A DNA stretch of 61,052 nucleotides, filler included, from Sphacelaria rigidula (Eukaryota): the NCBI GenBank assembly GCA_964200075.2. It is 8 parts of 8 records of this genome, joined end to end, with 100 filler letters (N's around TTAATTAATTAA, not from the genome) between each part and the next. Parts side by side here need not be neighbours in the genome. Positions count along the whole stretch, not along the records: positions 30,578 to 38,121 come from CAXNAA020014411.1; positions 38,222 to 45,765 come from CAXNAA020014412.1; positions 45,866 to 53,409 come from CAXNAA020014413.1; 5 more parts are not named here. The stretch is one strand, 5' to 3'. The notes beneath the pieces were generated by a model. It was not told the DNA's origin. It was given only the letters and a program-made list of their open reading frames with translations, and ran no database searches. Below, piece after piece: positions 38,047 to 49,159 of this stretch (its first letter is position 1; every line of letters starts with the position of its first letter). A program made the translations under genes and the position numbers.

Positions 38047-38121
38047 GGGGTGTACTTGATCATGCATGCCATAGTCATAAGACCATTGACCTCGCATCCC
38101 TGCAAAGCCGGGACGGAGCAC
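38047..38121 (+). repeat. Family B terminus at contig end
   Basis: GGGGTGTACTTGATCATGCATGCCATAGTCATAAGACCATTGACCTCGCATCCCTGCAAAGCCGGGACGGAGCAC. Confidence 0.85.
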
Positions 38122-39756
38122 NNNNNNNNNNNNNNNNNNNNNNNNNNNNNNNNNNNNNNNNNNNNTTAATTAATTAANNNNNNNNNNNNNNNNNNNNNNN
38201 NNNNNNNNNNNNNNNNNNNNNGAGCCTGTAAACCCCTCTCCCCACCCTTCGGAAACAAACCAGGGGGCGCCCCGCTGCCCCCCCCCCCCCCTCAAAATGT
38301 CGAAATTTCGATCTTGGGGCCCACGTGTCCAGAATTTATTTTTACGCTGACCTGTGGGGTGTCTGGGGATATTTTGTCGACTGACACGAGGTTAACGACT
38401 GTACCTTTTTGTTTTCGAACGTTGCCGTCTGGTCATCTGTCGGGGCATGGAAGCACGCTCCGCTCACGCCAGCGTTGGTTCGAAAGGGGTTTCGCCGGTG
38501 TTTTTTTTTGTTTCTTCGGAAGCACCATGAATGCAGACGATATACCCCCACAGAGCACCTCCGGAAGAGATCAACCCTATGTGCTGCCCTTATTGTCGTC
38601 AGCGAGGACCAAACTCTCGAAGTTATCTTCACGTAGCCCTCAAACCGTAGCCATGACAAAAAACAACTGCGACCTGCATTTCAAGTGGCGGCGCCAGGAC
38701 GAACTCCGCTCCGGCCTCGATCGATAGCGGGCTATTACGTGCGCCTGCAACCGACTCCGTCACAAAAGCCGCAGAAATATAAACCGAATGCCGACCAATG
38801 TTTGAAACACGGGTGATCAATTCGCTGAGCATAGGTGGGAACGCACACCATATCCAGCCTGGCACCATTCTGAGCTCATGTATATCATCCGCGACACCCC
38901 TCGGCGCCCATCCCTACGGTAACCTGACGGAAAAGGCGCGATCGACGGCAAGCACGGGGCAATGCAGTCGGACGATGGAACGAGCGTCGTCTCGTGTTGA
39001 AATCATGCATTACGGGTGTTACACAAGAGGATGGTACCGACATGGCCAATGTCTCCATGGCTGCAACAGCGAAATGACGCTGGAGCTCCCCTCCAACGAC
39101 TCCTTGAAACGACGCAACTGATTGTATTTTCTTCCCCTCGGCGCGTTCCGTTCGTCACTCGCATCGAGTGTGAAGTACGTGAGGTGTACTCTCCGTTGCG
39201 AAATGGCGCCAGTATTCCGTTCACAGAACCCCCCACCCCGCGACCACTTCGGATCCGTCGTTGCAAGCACAGAATCTATGGATGGAGAAAAGCGTAACAG
39301 CGCAGTATCACGTATCACGAGGAAGGTGACACACACGATGTCTGCACTTTTGAGTGGATACGCAAAGGCTGCGCGGCCTTCTTTGCTTTTCCGTCGCGCA
39401 GCTGACGGTGCTCGTTGTAGAAGCAAAGAGAAAGTTATGCATGAATGTTTTTGCGGTCCTTCTTCGGCGGTTGACGCCTTAAAAGAGGCGGAGCCTTACA
39501 TGTTGGAATGAGATCCTCGCCTCGTGTTGGGGTTTTTACGACTGAGAAGCATCCTCCGGTGGCAGTAGTATTTTGCTTTTTCGAAACAAGCTGTCTGGTC
39601 CCCAGACAGTAAAGACTACCAAAGAAATGGCGATATTTTCTAGATTCGAATGTCCGTGATCGTAGTTGGACAGAAATGTATGCTTGTGCACCTGGAAAAA
39701 CAAAAGGCCATCGCTGAACACCAATACATCGTGAAACCGCGTCAAGGAGTAGAGCT

Positions 39757-40256
39757 TGGCAATCTAGGCCGCTTCTTAAAAACTGAAGAAAAATCTGTCT
39801 GAGAACTACCCTTTTGAACCCTTAATCACGGATTACTGGCGGAATACGGGCCTCGGCGGATTTGGCCTACTGGGAAAAACTTGCGACATGTTTCACGAGG
39901 ATTCCAGCGCACGTTTCCGATTGTTTTGACGCCCGGTTCTGCTCTTGACCGGATCTTGATTTTTTTCAGTCGCCGCGAAAATTGTCGAGTTGTCCGGAAA
40001 AACACATACTTTACCCCGACAACTCGAAGTTTTTTGGGGTGACTGAAAAAAGTCAGGATCCGGTCAAAGGTAAAACTGGGCGTCAAAACAATCGGAAACG
40101 TGCGCTGGAATCCTCGTGAAACATGTCGCAAATCTTTCCGACGGGGCCAAATCCGCCAAGGCCCGTATTCCGCCAATACTCCGTGATGAAGGGTTCAAAA
40201 GGGCAGTTATCAAACATATTTGTTTTCAGTCTATAAGAAGCTGCCTTGGATTGTCA
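39757..40256. mobile_element. Near-perfect 500-bp foldback palindrome (MITE)
   Basis: Arms of about 240 bp, for example TTGCGACATGTTTCACGAGGATTCCAGCGCACGTTTCCGATTGTTTTGACGCCC and its exact reverse complement; loop under 25 nt near 40005. Confidence 0.9.
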
Positions 40257-40699
40257 CCCGTCGCCTATCTCTCTCTTGGGCCGTGAATCGACGCAGAACG
40301 ACAAAATAGCAGCAGTTGTACATGAATTTTTTGTTGCTTCTTGTAAGGTGCACTCTCCCGACATCTTCCCTCCCGACATTCTCAGTTCCAGAAGTGAATA
40401 CGAGGATTTTTTACGGCTTGAGCGACGCTGATGTGTAGATACTTTTTGCTTTTCAGGCTTGAGCCATACCGATGTGTGGATAATCCAGAACTACATTACG
40501 AGCTGGGCCAGCTGAAAAACTGCTAAAAGTTGCTCACACCACTGCTTCCCCAGTTTCCCGAATGAACCCGATGTAAGCATATCACTGTGAAGTGTAAACC
40601 GACCTGGTGACGCACAGCACCGCCTAAGAATGAAGAAAAACAATGAAAAAATATACTGCAAAATGTATGACCTTAGCGTATCGCCCCATTATACCATAC

Positions 40700-41017
40700 C
40701 ACACTAACCTCAAGTTTTCGTTACTTTGAGAGTAGAGCCTCGATTGAGAGTGGGTTCGATCATTCGCTTCAACTTGATCAATTTCTCGTTGTGCGTGTGT
40801 GCTTTTCTTCGCCTGTAACACTGGCGTGTGCTTACAGCATCACATCGATATCGTACTCAAGGATATCAGGGGCTTCAGTCGTAAGAAACTGAAGGTGGCA
40901 TATTGGGCCCCATGGCGGGGCATTTCGGAACTGAGGCTGTCCATTCAGTAATTTACCGCGCATTATTCTCAATCGTATCCTCCACTTCGATCTCACGCGA
41001 ACGCTGTTCAATTTGGG
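40700..41017 (-). mobile_element. MITE family I, copy 2
   Basis: Reverse-complement homology with 24465-24785 across its length. Confidence 0.75.
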
Positions 41018-42423
41018 CACTGCGTTTTGAGGACGATCATTTCAATATATCAACATATACCGACGCTGGAACTCTACAGTTATATCGAAGAGCGTCATGC
41101 TATAAAACCCCCCAAAATACCCCGAACACTTCAGGCGCCCACTACTGCATACTTGTCGACATATTACGCAAGACCGCATGATGTTGGAAGAAATACTGCA
41201 GCGACTCCGGTGTGCCCCTTTTTCGGCAGAATATCGAATGCGGCGGCAGATCATGAAAGGTATACTGTGCATGTCAAGAGGGAGGTGTCTCTCACCGGAG
41301 TGGCAGCGCCATCTACTTCGTCTTCGGGTGACAGCTGCCCTATCCGGCGAGGTTCCTCGCAGGGCGTGTTCATGTTGACAGACCTGGAGGTATATTGTGG
41401 ACGCCAGCGGGTGAGGACGGGCGCCACGAAGCTCCCAACAGTCAGGGCCGTCTACCGATGCGTTCACCACGGCAATGACCAACACACAGGAGTGCCTTCT
41501 TCTGGAGCCCGGCCATATCGTACACTACAGGACAGTACAAGTACATGCTTTCAATACATGGGAAGTGTGAACAAAGTGACATTCAAGTATCATCGATGTA
41601 CACATGAATTGGCATACATCGTTGCCATCGGCGATGTCTAGAGGCTCACCCCAGTCTTCTTACCCCCCCTGGGGTCTTTCACTCCAGCCGCACCCAAGCT
41701 AGAGTCATCAGTTGAGGTGGACGTTGCCTCTCCTGCAGGTCTAGTGCTATCATCGGTTCCCTCCGAACCAACAAGAAAGACATCGACCTGCCCTTCAGCG
41801 GATGTTGACATTTTTGTTGCGCTGCTAATGCTAGTGCTTAGAGGCCGCTGCTGCTGTGGTTTCTATTTGAGTGGAATGAATGGGGGACAGATACCTCGCT
41901 CCTTCGCTATGATATATTCCGTTTCCTCCATACCTACACTATTCTGAACATGCAGACAGATCGAATTTTCTCAGTAGTGATACTCGTACTTCACCAGTCA
42001 GTAAAGGGCAGGGATTCCGATTCAACGGTAGGGGTGCGCTTCTCAGTACATTTCAGGCTGCACACTAAGGTTCAGATTTGTCATGGACAAACCTCGACAG
42101 AGAAAATCCTCGGGGGGAAACAGGGCACTATTAAACGTCGCAAAACAAAAATCGGAACACGTCGAACTTTAAGGGTCGGGCCAGGTTAGTACTACGGTAG
42201 GGGACCACGTGGGGAACCCTGGTCGAAGCTATGCGATGTCGTGCGGATGACAGTTTGCAGATCAGTTGTACATGGAAGTGTGTGTGACGCAGGTCGTGCA
42301 GCTCGTCACTGGACAATCATATACGGATCAGGCGGGTCTTACAGATCACCATCAGACAAACATGTACAGTTATTAACGACTATCTATTCGAGCGGAGGCG
42401 CAGCTTTCTTGTCGTGGAGAGGG

Positions 42424-42442
42424 TGGTGTTGAATAAACACCA
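42424..42442 (-). promoter_or_regulatory. Histone mRNA 3' stem-loop (H2A)
   Basis: TGGTGTT-TATTC-AACACCA, 85 nt past the stop; preceded by AAACCC, followed by CCC and, 12 nt after the stem, CAAGAAAG. Confidence 0.8.
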
Positions 42443-42527
42443 GGGTTTCTTTTGTTCCACCTCGCTGCAGATGAGATGGATGAACAAGTCATGTGCCACA
42501 AGATAGCACTCATTCAAGGAAGGACGC

Positions 42528-42905
42528 TTAGTCTTTCTTGGCGACCTTCTTCGGGAGGAGGACTGCGTGGATGTTGGGCAGTACACCGCCGGAAGCGATC
42601 GTCACCTCCCCGAGCAGCTTGTTGAGCTCCTCATCATTGCGCACCGCCAGCTGGATGTGCCGGGGCACGATACGAGCCTTCTTATTGTCACGAGCTGCGT
42701 TGCCAGCCAGCTCCAATACCTCGGCGGTCAGGTACTCCAGAACAGCAGCCAGATACACGGGGGCACCTGCGCCCACACGAGACGCATACTTGCCCCTCTT
42801 GAGGAAACGGCCGATGCGGCCAACGGGGAACTGCAGGCCGGCTTTTGCAGACCTTGTCACCGACTTCTTTCCCTCACCGCGCCCGCCTTTTCCCTTGCCA
42901 GACAT
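42528..42905 (-). CDS. H2A: Histone H2A (125 aa, intronless)
   Basis: [10 protein letters not shown]...[15 protein letters not shown]...[26 protein letters not shown]...[15 protein letters not shown]; no C-terminal SQ(E/D) motif, so not H2A.X. Confidence 0.99.
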   Translation of the reverse strand: MSGKGKGGRGEGKKSVTRSAKAGLQFPVGRIGRFLKRGKYASRVGAGAPVYLAAVLEYLTAEVLELAGNAARDNKKARIVPRHIQLAVRNDEELNKLLGEVTIASGGVLPNIHAVLLPKKVAKKD

Positions 42906-43298
42906 GGTGTCTGGACGAGTAAGCCAGAACTTTGTGCGTACGCTATGTCGGTGTTGATGATATTGTGAATCACGGGGCGAGGGAAGCTCGATTGTCGAGG
43001 ATCCAAGCAGCAGCAGCAGTAGCAGTAGCAGCAGAGGGACGCTGGGCGGTCAAGGGTCCCCGAAAGATTCAAATTATGCCCAAACAATCGAGAACGCCTC
43101 TGCAGTCAGCGGCTCAAAAATCGCCGATTGGCTCAAACTATTAGTGAGCTACGAACAGCAACATAGGAAGAGACACGCCTCCGGGAATGAACAGCCAATG
43201 GAAGTCGTGAGAAGCATCCATACGGGTAGCCCCCCAACCTTCGCCACAACATTCTCCCCACAGCTCACTCGAAACACCGACAGAAACCCAAGAGGAAG
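42906..43298. promoter_or_regulatory. Bidirectional H2A-H2B promoter
   Basis: 393 bp between divergent ATGs; oppositely oriented CCAAT boxes (ATTGG 43127-43131, CCAAT 43195-43199). Confidence 0.7.
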
Positions 43299-43649
43299 AT
43301 GGCCAAGACACCGTCGAAGAAATCTGCGAAGGCTCCCAAGAAGGCCGGAGACAAAAAGAAGAAAGCCAAGAAAGTGGAGTCGTACTCTTCGTACATCTAC
43401 AAGGTGCTCAAGCAGGTCCACCCTGACACCGGCATCTCCAAGCGCGGCATGTCCATCATGAACTCGTTCATCAACGACGTGTTCGAGCGCGTTGCGGGCG
43501 AGTCCGGCAAGCTGACCCGGTACAACAAGAAGTCCACCCTTTCCTCTCGCGAGGTGCAGACGGCCGTGCGGCTCATGCTCCCCGGAGAGTTGGCCAAGCA
43601 CGCCGTGTCCGAGGGTACTAAGGCGGTCACCAAGTTCACCTCGTCATGA
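43299..43649 (+). CDS. H2B: Histone H2B (116 aa, intronless)
   Basis: MAKTPSKK (stramenopile-type N-terminus)...[38 protein letters not shown]...[23 protein letters not shown]. Confidence 0.99.
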   Translation: MAKTPSKKSAKAPKKAGDKKKKAKKVESYSSYIYKVLKQVHPDTGISKRGMSIMNSFINDVFERVAGESGKLTRYNKKSTLSSREVQTAVRLMLPGELAKHAVSEGTKAVTKFTSS

Positions 43650-43754
43650 TGGAACCGTCATCTTCTTCCCTGAGATGGAATCCGTGAGCAGCACAGCGTT
43701 CGTGATGCTTGAGCGCTGCTGTGTTCCCTGATTCTACCACCCAAAATGAAATCC

Positions 43755-43773
43755 TGGTGTTTACTGAACACCA
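43755..43773 (+). promoter_or_regulatory. Histone mRNA 3' stem-loop (H2B)
   Basis: TGGTGTT-TACTG-AACACCA, 105 nt past the stop; preceded by AAATCC, followed by CAC and purine-rich GAAGAGAAAA at 43782-43791. Confidence 0.8.
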
Positions 43774-45363
43774 CACTAAGCGAAGAGAAAATTGGCGGCC
43801 GAATACTGCACAGCGTTGGGCCGAGTTTGCTTGTCATCAATATAGGATACGCCACGAGGGCCGGACTGGACTGCGCGAGGAGTCAGGTGAGTTCGGGGGC
43901 GGTTGTCAAGTCCGAAGCACGGAGGGTAGAAGCCTGAGAATGGACTGAATGGTTCTACTCGTAGATCCATTCCGGAGCCTGTGAGCCTCGTCACCAAGCA
44001 GTCGTGGAATTGCATTTGTCAGCAGGAGCGAAACAGCAGGCGCGGCGGGCGGAAATAGTTTTCACCATTCGGTGCCCCATCCCCTACTTCTCAAGTGACG
44101 TGATCCGGTCCGTGCGATGGGGGCATGGCGTACTTGGCAAAGGAGAGGGTCAGTGAAGTTGGTAAAGAGGTTGCACGGCACTGTCTAAAAGGTACGAATA
44201 GGCTCTTCAGGAATCAGATGCTTGTCATCGAAAGGTTTGCGTTTGATTTTGTGGGGGTGGTGTCCCCGAGACTATCACAGGCGACAGAGATCTTTCGATC
44301 ATACATGGAACTGCACTGAGCAACTGTCGCACGCATTCCAGAATGGCATCCATATCCACCATAGACGTTGCACGAAAATGCAAGCCTGCCGACAGTTGCG
44401 GAAACCAAAAATTGCAGGTTGAGGCAGACGAACTGAACCGAAGCGGACTGCTATATCTTCAGTAACTGATCGTCGAAGCTGACTTTCTCAGGGCGGCGCA
44501 ACACGCGGGCTGATGAAAGCTAATTTGCAACGCATGCTCATATCACAGCTCTCATGCGATTATTACAGCCAAAGAAGCCCGGACTTCCGTGCTTTACAAG
44601 GATCTAGTTGGTCGAAAAAAGTCTGCAGCCCATAATTTTCACCCCTCTCTTTGAGCCCTGTGGCCGAGGCGGTCCACCTCGGTCAGTGTGCTCCCCGCTT
44701 GCACAACAAGTGCTTGATTCAGGATCTAGTGAGTCAAGGGGTTCATCCGTGAGGTACGGCATGATCGCGTCTCAAGCCAGTCAGGCATTATGCGGTACTG
44801 GTTCACCGTGGAGGAGATGAACGCTTTGACGGCATAAGTCAATGACCATGTTCGTTTGCGGTGTGTGATGAGGCGGAGGGCCTCAAGTTAGCATGGACGT
44901 CTCTTCATCATCCCCCTGCCAAAAAACTTGAGAAATCGATGTTGAATCCGACGTGAAAGCCCTCGCACGATTTCGAGGATGGTGAACTCGAGTCGTCGGA
45001 AACCGTCTACACCCGTGGAGACCGTTCATAAGCGAGGATCGGAATACTTTCGGGGAAAATGCAAATGCTTTCTCCCTCCGTCATGTGTGGCCTCGCTCTC
45101 TTGAAATAATAGCAATTTGTAAAATCACGTGTTGATCCCGAATACCTTGAAAGTCCGCCCATTCCCCTGTACAAGGTTCGCCCCCATTTTCAGAATCCAC
45201 TGCTATCACTAGATGTGGCACATTGCGGGCTGTTCTTTTTCAGGACACGGGAGGTGACACAACACGCCTGGAGAGGGCTTTTTTTTTCTCCAAATATTCC
45301 GATTCTTGGGCTATTTCTATTTCTCATGTATCGAAAACCAAAACTTTTTGAAAAGTGCATTTT

Positions 45364-45693
45364 TGGCCCTTCTCTGCCGTTTTCCCCCCGAAAAGAGGGC
45401 TGGGACGATTCCAGAGCGCCTATGCGTTTCCCGTGGGTCACGGTTTTGTTTTTGGCCAAACTTGCATTTTCAATAGCAAACGATGAAGTCATGTAAATAC
45501 AGGGGGGAAACTGCCACTTTCTCGGTGACTTGACGGTTTGTTATTGAAAATGCAAGTTTGACCAAAAACGAAACCGTGACTACGGGAGACGCAAAGGTGC
45601 TCTGGAACCGTCTCAGCGAGTAGAGCAAGTCATCCCAAGGTGTCAACAGCCGCCTAGCCCTCTTTTCGGGGGAAAAACGATGGAGAAGGGTCA
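45364..45693. mobile_element. Foldback/MITE palindrome
   Basis: TTTTCCCCCCGAAAAGAGGGCT...AAACTTGCATTTTCAATA is mirrored by TATTGAAAATGCAAGTTT...AGCCCTCTTTTCGGGGGAAAA. Confidence 0.75.
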
Positions 45694-45865
45694 TTATTAT
45701 TATTATTACTATATCCATCACATTAGCTCGATCTCTCGAACCCGTGGTCACAGAGTGCAAGGAGCNNNNNNNNNNNNNNNNNNNNNNNNNNNNNNNNNNN
45801 NNNNNNNNNTTAATTAATTAANNNNNNNNNNNNNNNNNNNNNNNNNNNNNNNNNNNNNNNNNNNN

Positions 45866-45990
45866 CTGTAAGCACACGCAAGTGATGGAGGTAAAGAAAA
45901 GCACTCGTGGAATAAAGAAATGATCGAAGCCACTCTCAATCGTATCATCTACTCTCAATCTCACGGAAACACTGTTTCTCTGAACACCTA
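45866..45990 (+). mobile_element. MITE family I partial copy adjoining the truncated gypsy RT
   Basis: Matches 24648-24780. Confidence 0.7.
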
Positions 45991-45994
45991 TACT

Positions 45995-48900
45995 TAATAC
46001 GAAAAGTTCTCTCGGCTCTGTTGGAAGCTAAATACTCTGTCAACTTTGCGAAGTCGTCATGGTGCATGCCTCACCAGGAATTTCTGGGGATGGTGATCGA
46101 CCGGGAGGGAAGACGTCCAGCCCCATCGAAAATCGAGGCAGTCAGTAAACTCTCACCCCCGAACACGGTAGAAGAGCTACGGGCTTTCCTCGGCATGACC
46201 GGTTAAATGCGATCATTCGCCGACCATTACAGCATTGTCGCGGCTCCCCTGACCGACGTCCTAAGTGATCCCCGCTTTCAGTCAAAACGCGCTAGAAAAC
46301 TGAAAATCCCTTGGGACCACGGAAAGCAACAAGCTTTCGACAAGTTGAAAGAGGCACTCATATCCCCACCGGTTCTAGCATACCACTCGTGGGAACACCC
46401 CTTTACCCTACACACCGATGCGAGTATTTTGAGGGCTGGCGCGACACTGTGCCAAACGATAGATGGCGTCGAGAAGGTAGTAGCATACGCTAGTCATCGG
46501 TTCTCGCGTACAGACTCACTGAGGGCAGCAACGTATCGAGAATGCGTGACCGTATTGTGGGCGACGGGGCACTTCAGACCATATACTACAAGTACGAAAT
46601 TTGACCTCGTTACAGATTGCTGCGCACTACTCTGGTTATTCAGAAGTAGAGATCTCGAACCCAAATTACATCGATGGGCCCTACGATTGATGGAGTACGA
46701 CATGACACTACGCTGGAGAGCAGGCACATGCCACCAACTCCCCGATACTTAATCCCCCCTATTTGGCAACGTCGCAGAAGGTACAGATGTTGACGACGCT
46801 TTTCCGGATGACTCCACCCTAAAATCCGACCGGTGCACGAAGGGCCCGCAAGAACCGGTGTTGGACGGAGTCCCCTTGAGCCAACTAGGGGAAGAGAAAG
46901 GGATATTGATGGGATCTGCTTCCATCACAGCGTTGTGGTCGATGACAGCCCCGACAGACAGCAAGGACTCCCCTACGAATGAATTCACACAGCAAGAACC
47001 TGGCCAGATATCTGACACACAAACACATGAAGCGGAAGTAAGTGGAACGATGACTGAGCTGTCGGAAATGCCATTCGCCCGAGAAAAGGTGGCAGCGCTG
47101 CATGATGACGTCTAAAAGTAACCACGCAGATCTGACATACCCCGCATCCGTTCTGTCAGACTCAAGGATTTCATAACCGACGAACCCATTTCCGTGCCGC
47201 AGAGCATCCCCCGAACCCACACAGACTCCCAGCAGACACTGTCGAGCAGCTAGGAAGCGAGTCCGGTTATCGTTGAGGAACACAAGAACAACCACTCCAG
47301 AAGTGGCTCGCCCAGTAGTCACGACTCAGTCATCAACAGAGCGATCAATACTCTATCTGATTTACCCAGCCTAATCGAGAACCACAAAAACGACCCTCAC
47401 CTGAGCCAGATCCGAGCTTCTCTGCTCAACGAGACGGGAAAGGCATCAGGAACTACATCAGATAGCTACATCATAGACGACCATGGCCTGTTGTGGCACA
47501 CCGGAAATAAGAATAGACCAACGCTAGCCATTCCACGACAGCTTGTTCCTGACCGAATAGCACTTGTACACGCACACTACGGACAAACGGGAGTAGCGCA
47601 CACCACGATCCTGCTACGAAATCATTTTCACTGGAACAGTATGAACAAAGACTGCCGTGACTACGTTCTCTCGTGCGGCTGCAGACGCAGGAAAAGCGCA
47701 CGAACTCAACAGGTGGCAATGCTACCGAGCCGATTTCTACTCCCCTGGGATGTGCTAGAAATCGACTTTCAGGATATACATCGTACATCCGCATCAGGCA
47801 ATCGATAACTTCTACTGGTCGTCGACCGAGCTTCGAAGTTCCTCTTCGCATATTCTACACCTACAAAGGAGTCAGCATCGGTAGCCCGCATCCTTTTGAA
47901 CCTGTGTCTAACATTCGGCATACCCAGATCTATCCGCAGCGACAAAGGGGGAGAGTTCGCAGCAAGTGTAGTAAGGGATCTATGCGGATGACTCAGGGTA
48001 TCTCTGGAATACGGACCCGCAGAACATCCGAGAGGTCAGGGGGCAGTTGAAAGGGCGGGGGCTTGGATGCATGACACACTCTCCGAACTATGCGAATCAT
48101 GGCCTGACAGGTGGGACGAGTACGTGGATCCAGCATGCTGGATCAAACGTACACTTCCAGACTCATCCGTCCCTTTCAACATGTCCCCGTTTCAAATCAT
48201 TTTCGGCCGAGATCCTAGAACCACTCTAGACATCCTAGTACCACAGATGGACGGTGATGACTCCGCGACAGGCCTGGACAACTTCGTTGAACAGAGGAAA
48301 CGAAAACTAGACCAGCTTAAGCGGGTCCTGGAAACAAGACAGCAGAACAAATAAAAAGGAAGACAGAGGCATAACACAAAAATCACAAGGCACTCCCCAG
48401 GAACATCGGCTAAAATAGGAGATCTGATGCTAGTTCGAGAACTAGAAAGTACGTTGCATAGGGATGGTCAGCACCAAAAACTAACACACGAAAAATGTAC
48501 GGGACCGTGGGAGGTAACAGCAACCCCTATTCCGGGAATCAGTGTAGAGGTATCGATGCAAGGAAGGAAACTAGGCCATAGGACCGTCTCCACCACGGCT
48601 CTTGAATCGTTTCATCAACGTCGACCTGAACTGAGACACACAATGGAGGATGAGTTCGCCCAGCTAGCTTGGGGACCGGACCTAGGACTCGCCGACATCT
48701 CTACAGTAGCCTCACCTCTGTACACACTCACCTCTGTACACACTAACGAACAGGAAGAGTACAACTACGGCGCCTACACCAACGGTGTTTGAGTATGAAG
48801 GCAGGTACCAGGATGGACAGGAATCCGACTGGCTGACGGAAGTGGAAGTGTTGGACAGCTTTCCCCCCCTCCAACTAGATGTGTTTCATGCCATATGGGA

Positions 48901-49159
48901 CATGTATCACCCGTCGGTGAGACCCTACCCACAATATAACAGGGACGAGTCCTCACAGACGAAAGACAGGGACGAGACGCTGATCATGTACTCGATAGGA
49001 ACACAGGTGAGACGTTCTGCGGACGACGGAGTAGGCGAAGGAGTAGGGACAGGCGAGGTAAATGATTACCTTGATCCATACTGGCGAGTGAAATACCCGA
49101 ACGGTGAGTGGTTGGAGTTCAGCAGAAGGGAAATGCGTAAATTGGTATTTTCGAAGTGA
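45995..49159 (+). pseudogene. pol: Decayed Ty3/gypsy pol: RT C-terminus - RNase H - spacer - integrase - chromo-like - Tudor-like
   Basis: EFLGMVI, PNTVEELRAFLGMTG, FTLHTDAS, VVAYASHRFS, FDLVTDC, KLHRWALRLMEYD; integrase H..YGQ.G / C.C, LEIDFQD, IRSDKGGEF, GAVER, GPWEV; several in-frame stops. Confidence 0.95.

Noticed and set aside
41027..41641. 204-aa ORF
   Set aside because: Non-ATG start, no recognisable motif or splice structure; probably decayed or chance sequence.
42538..43639. Long antisense ORFs overlapping H2A and H2B
   Set aside because: Shadow ORFs caused by GC-rich codon usage of the histones.
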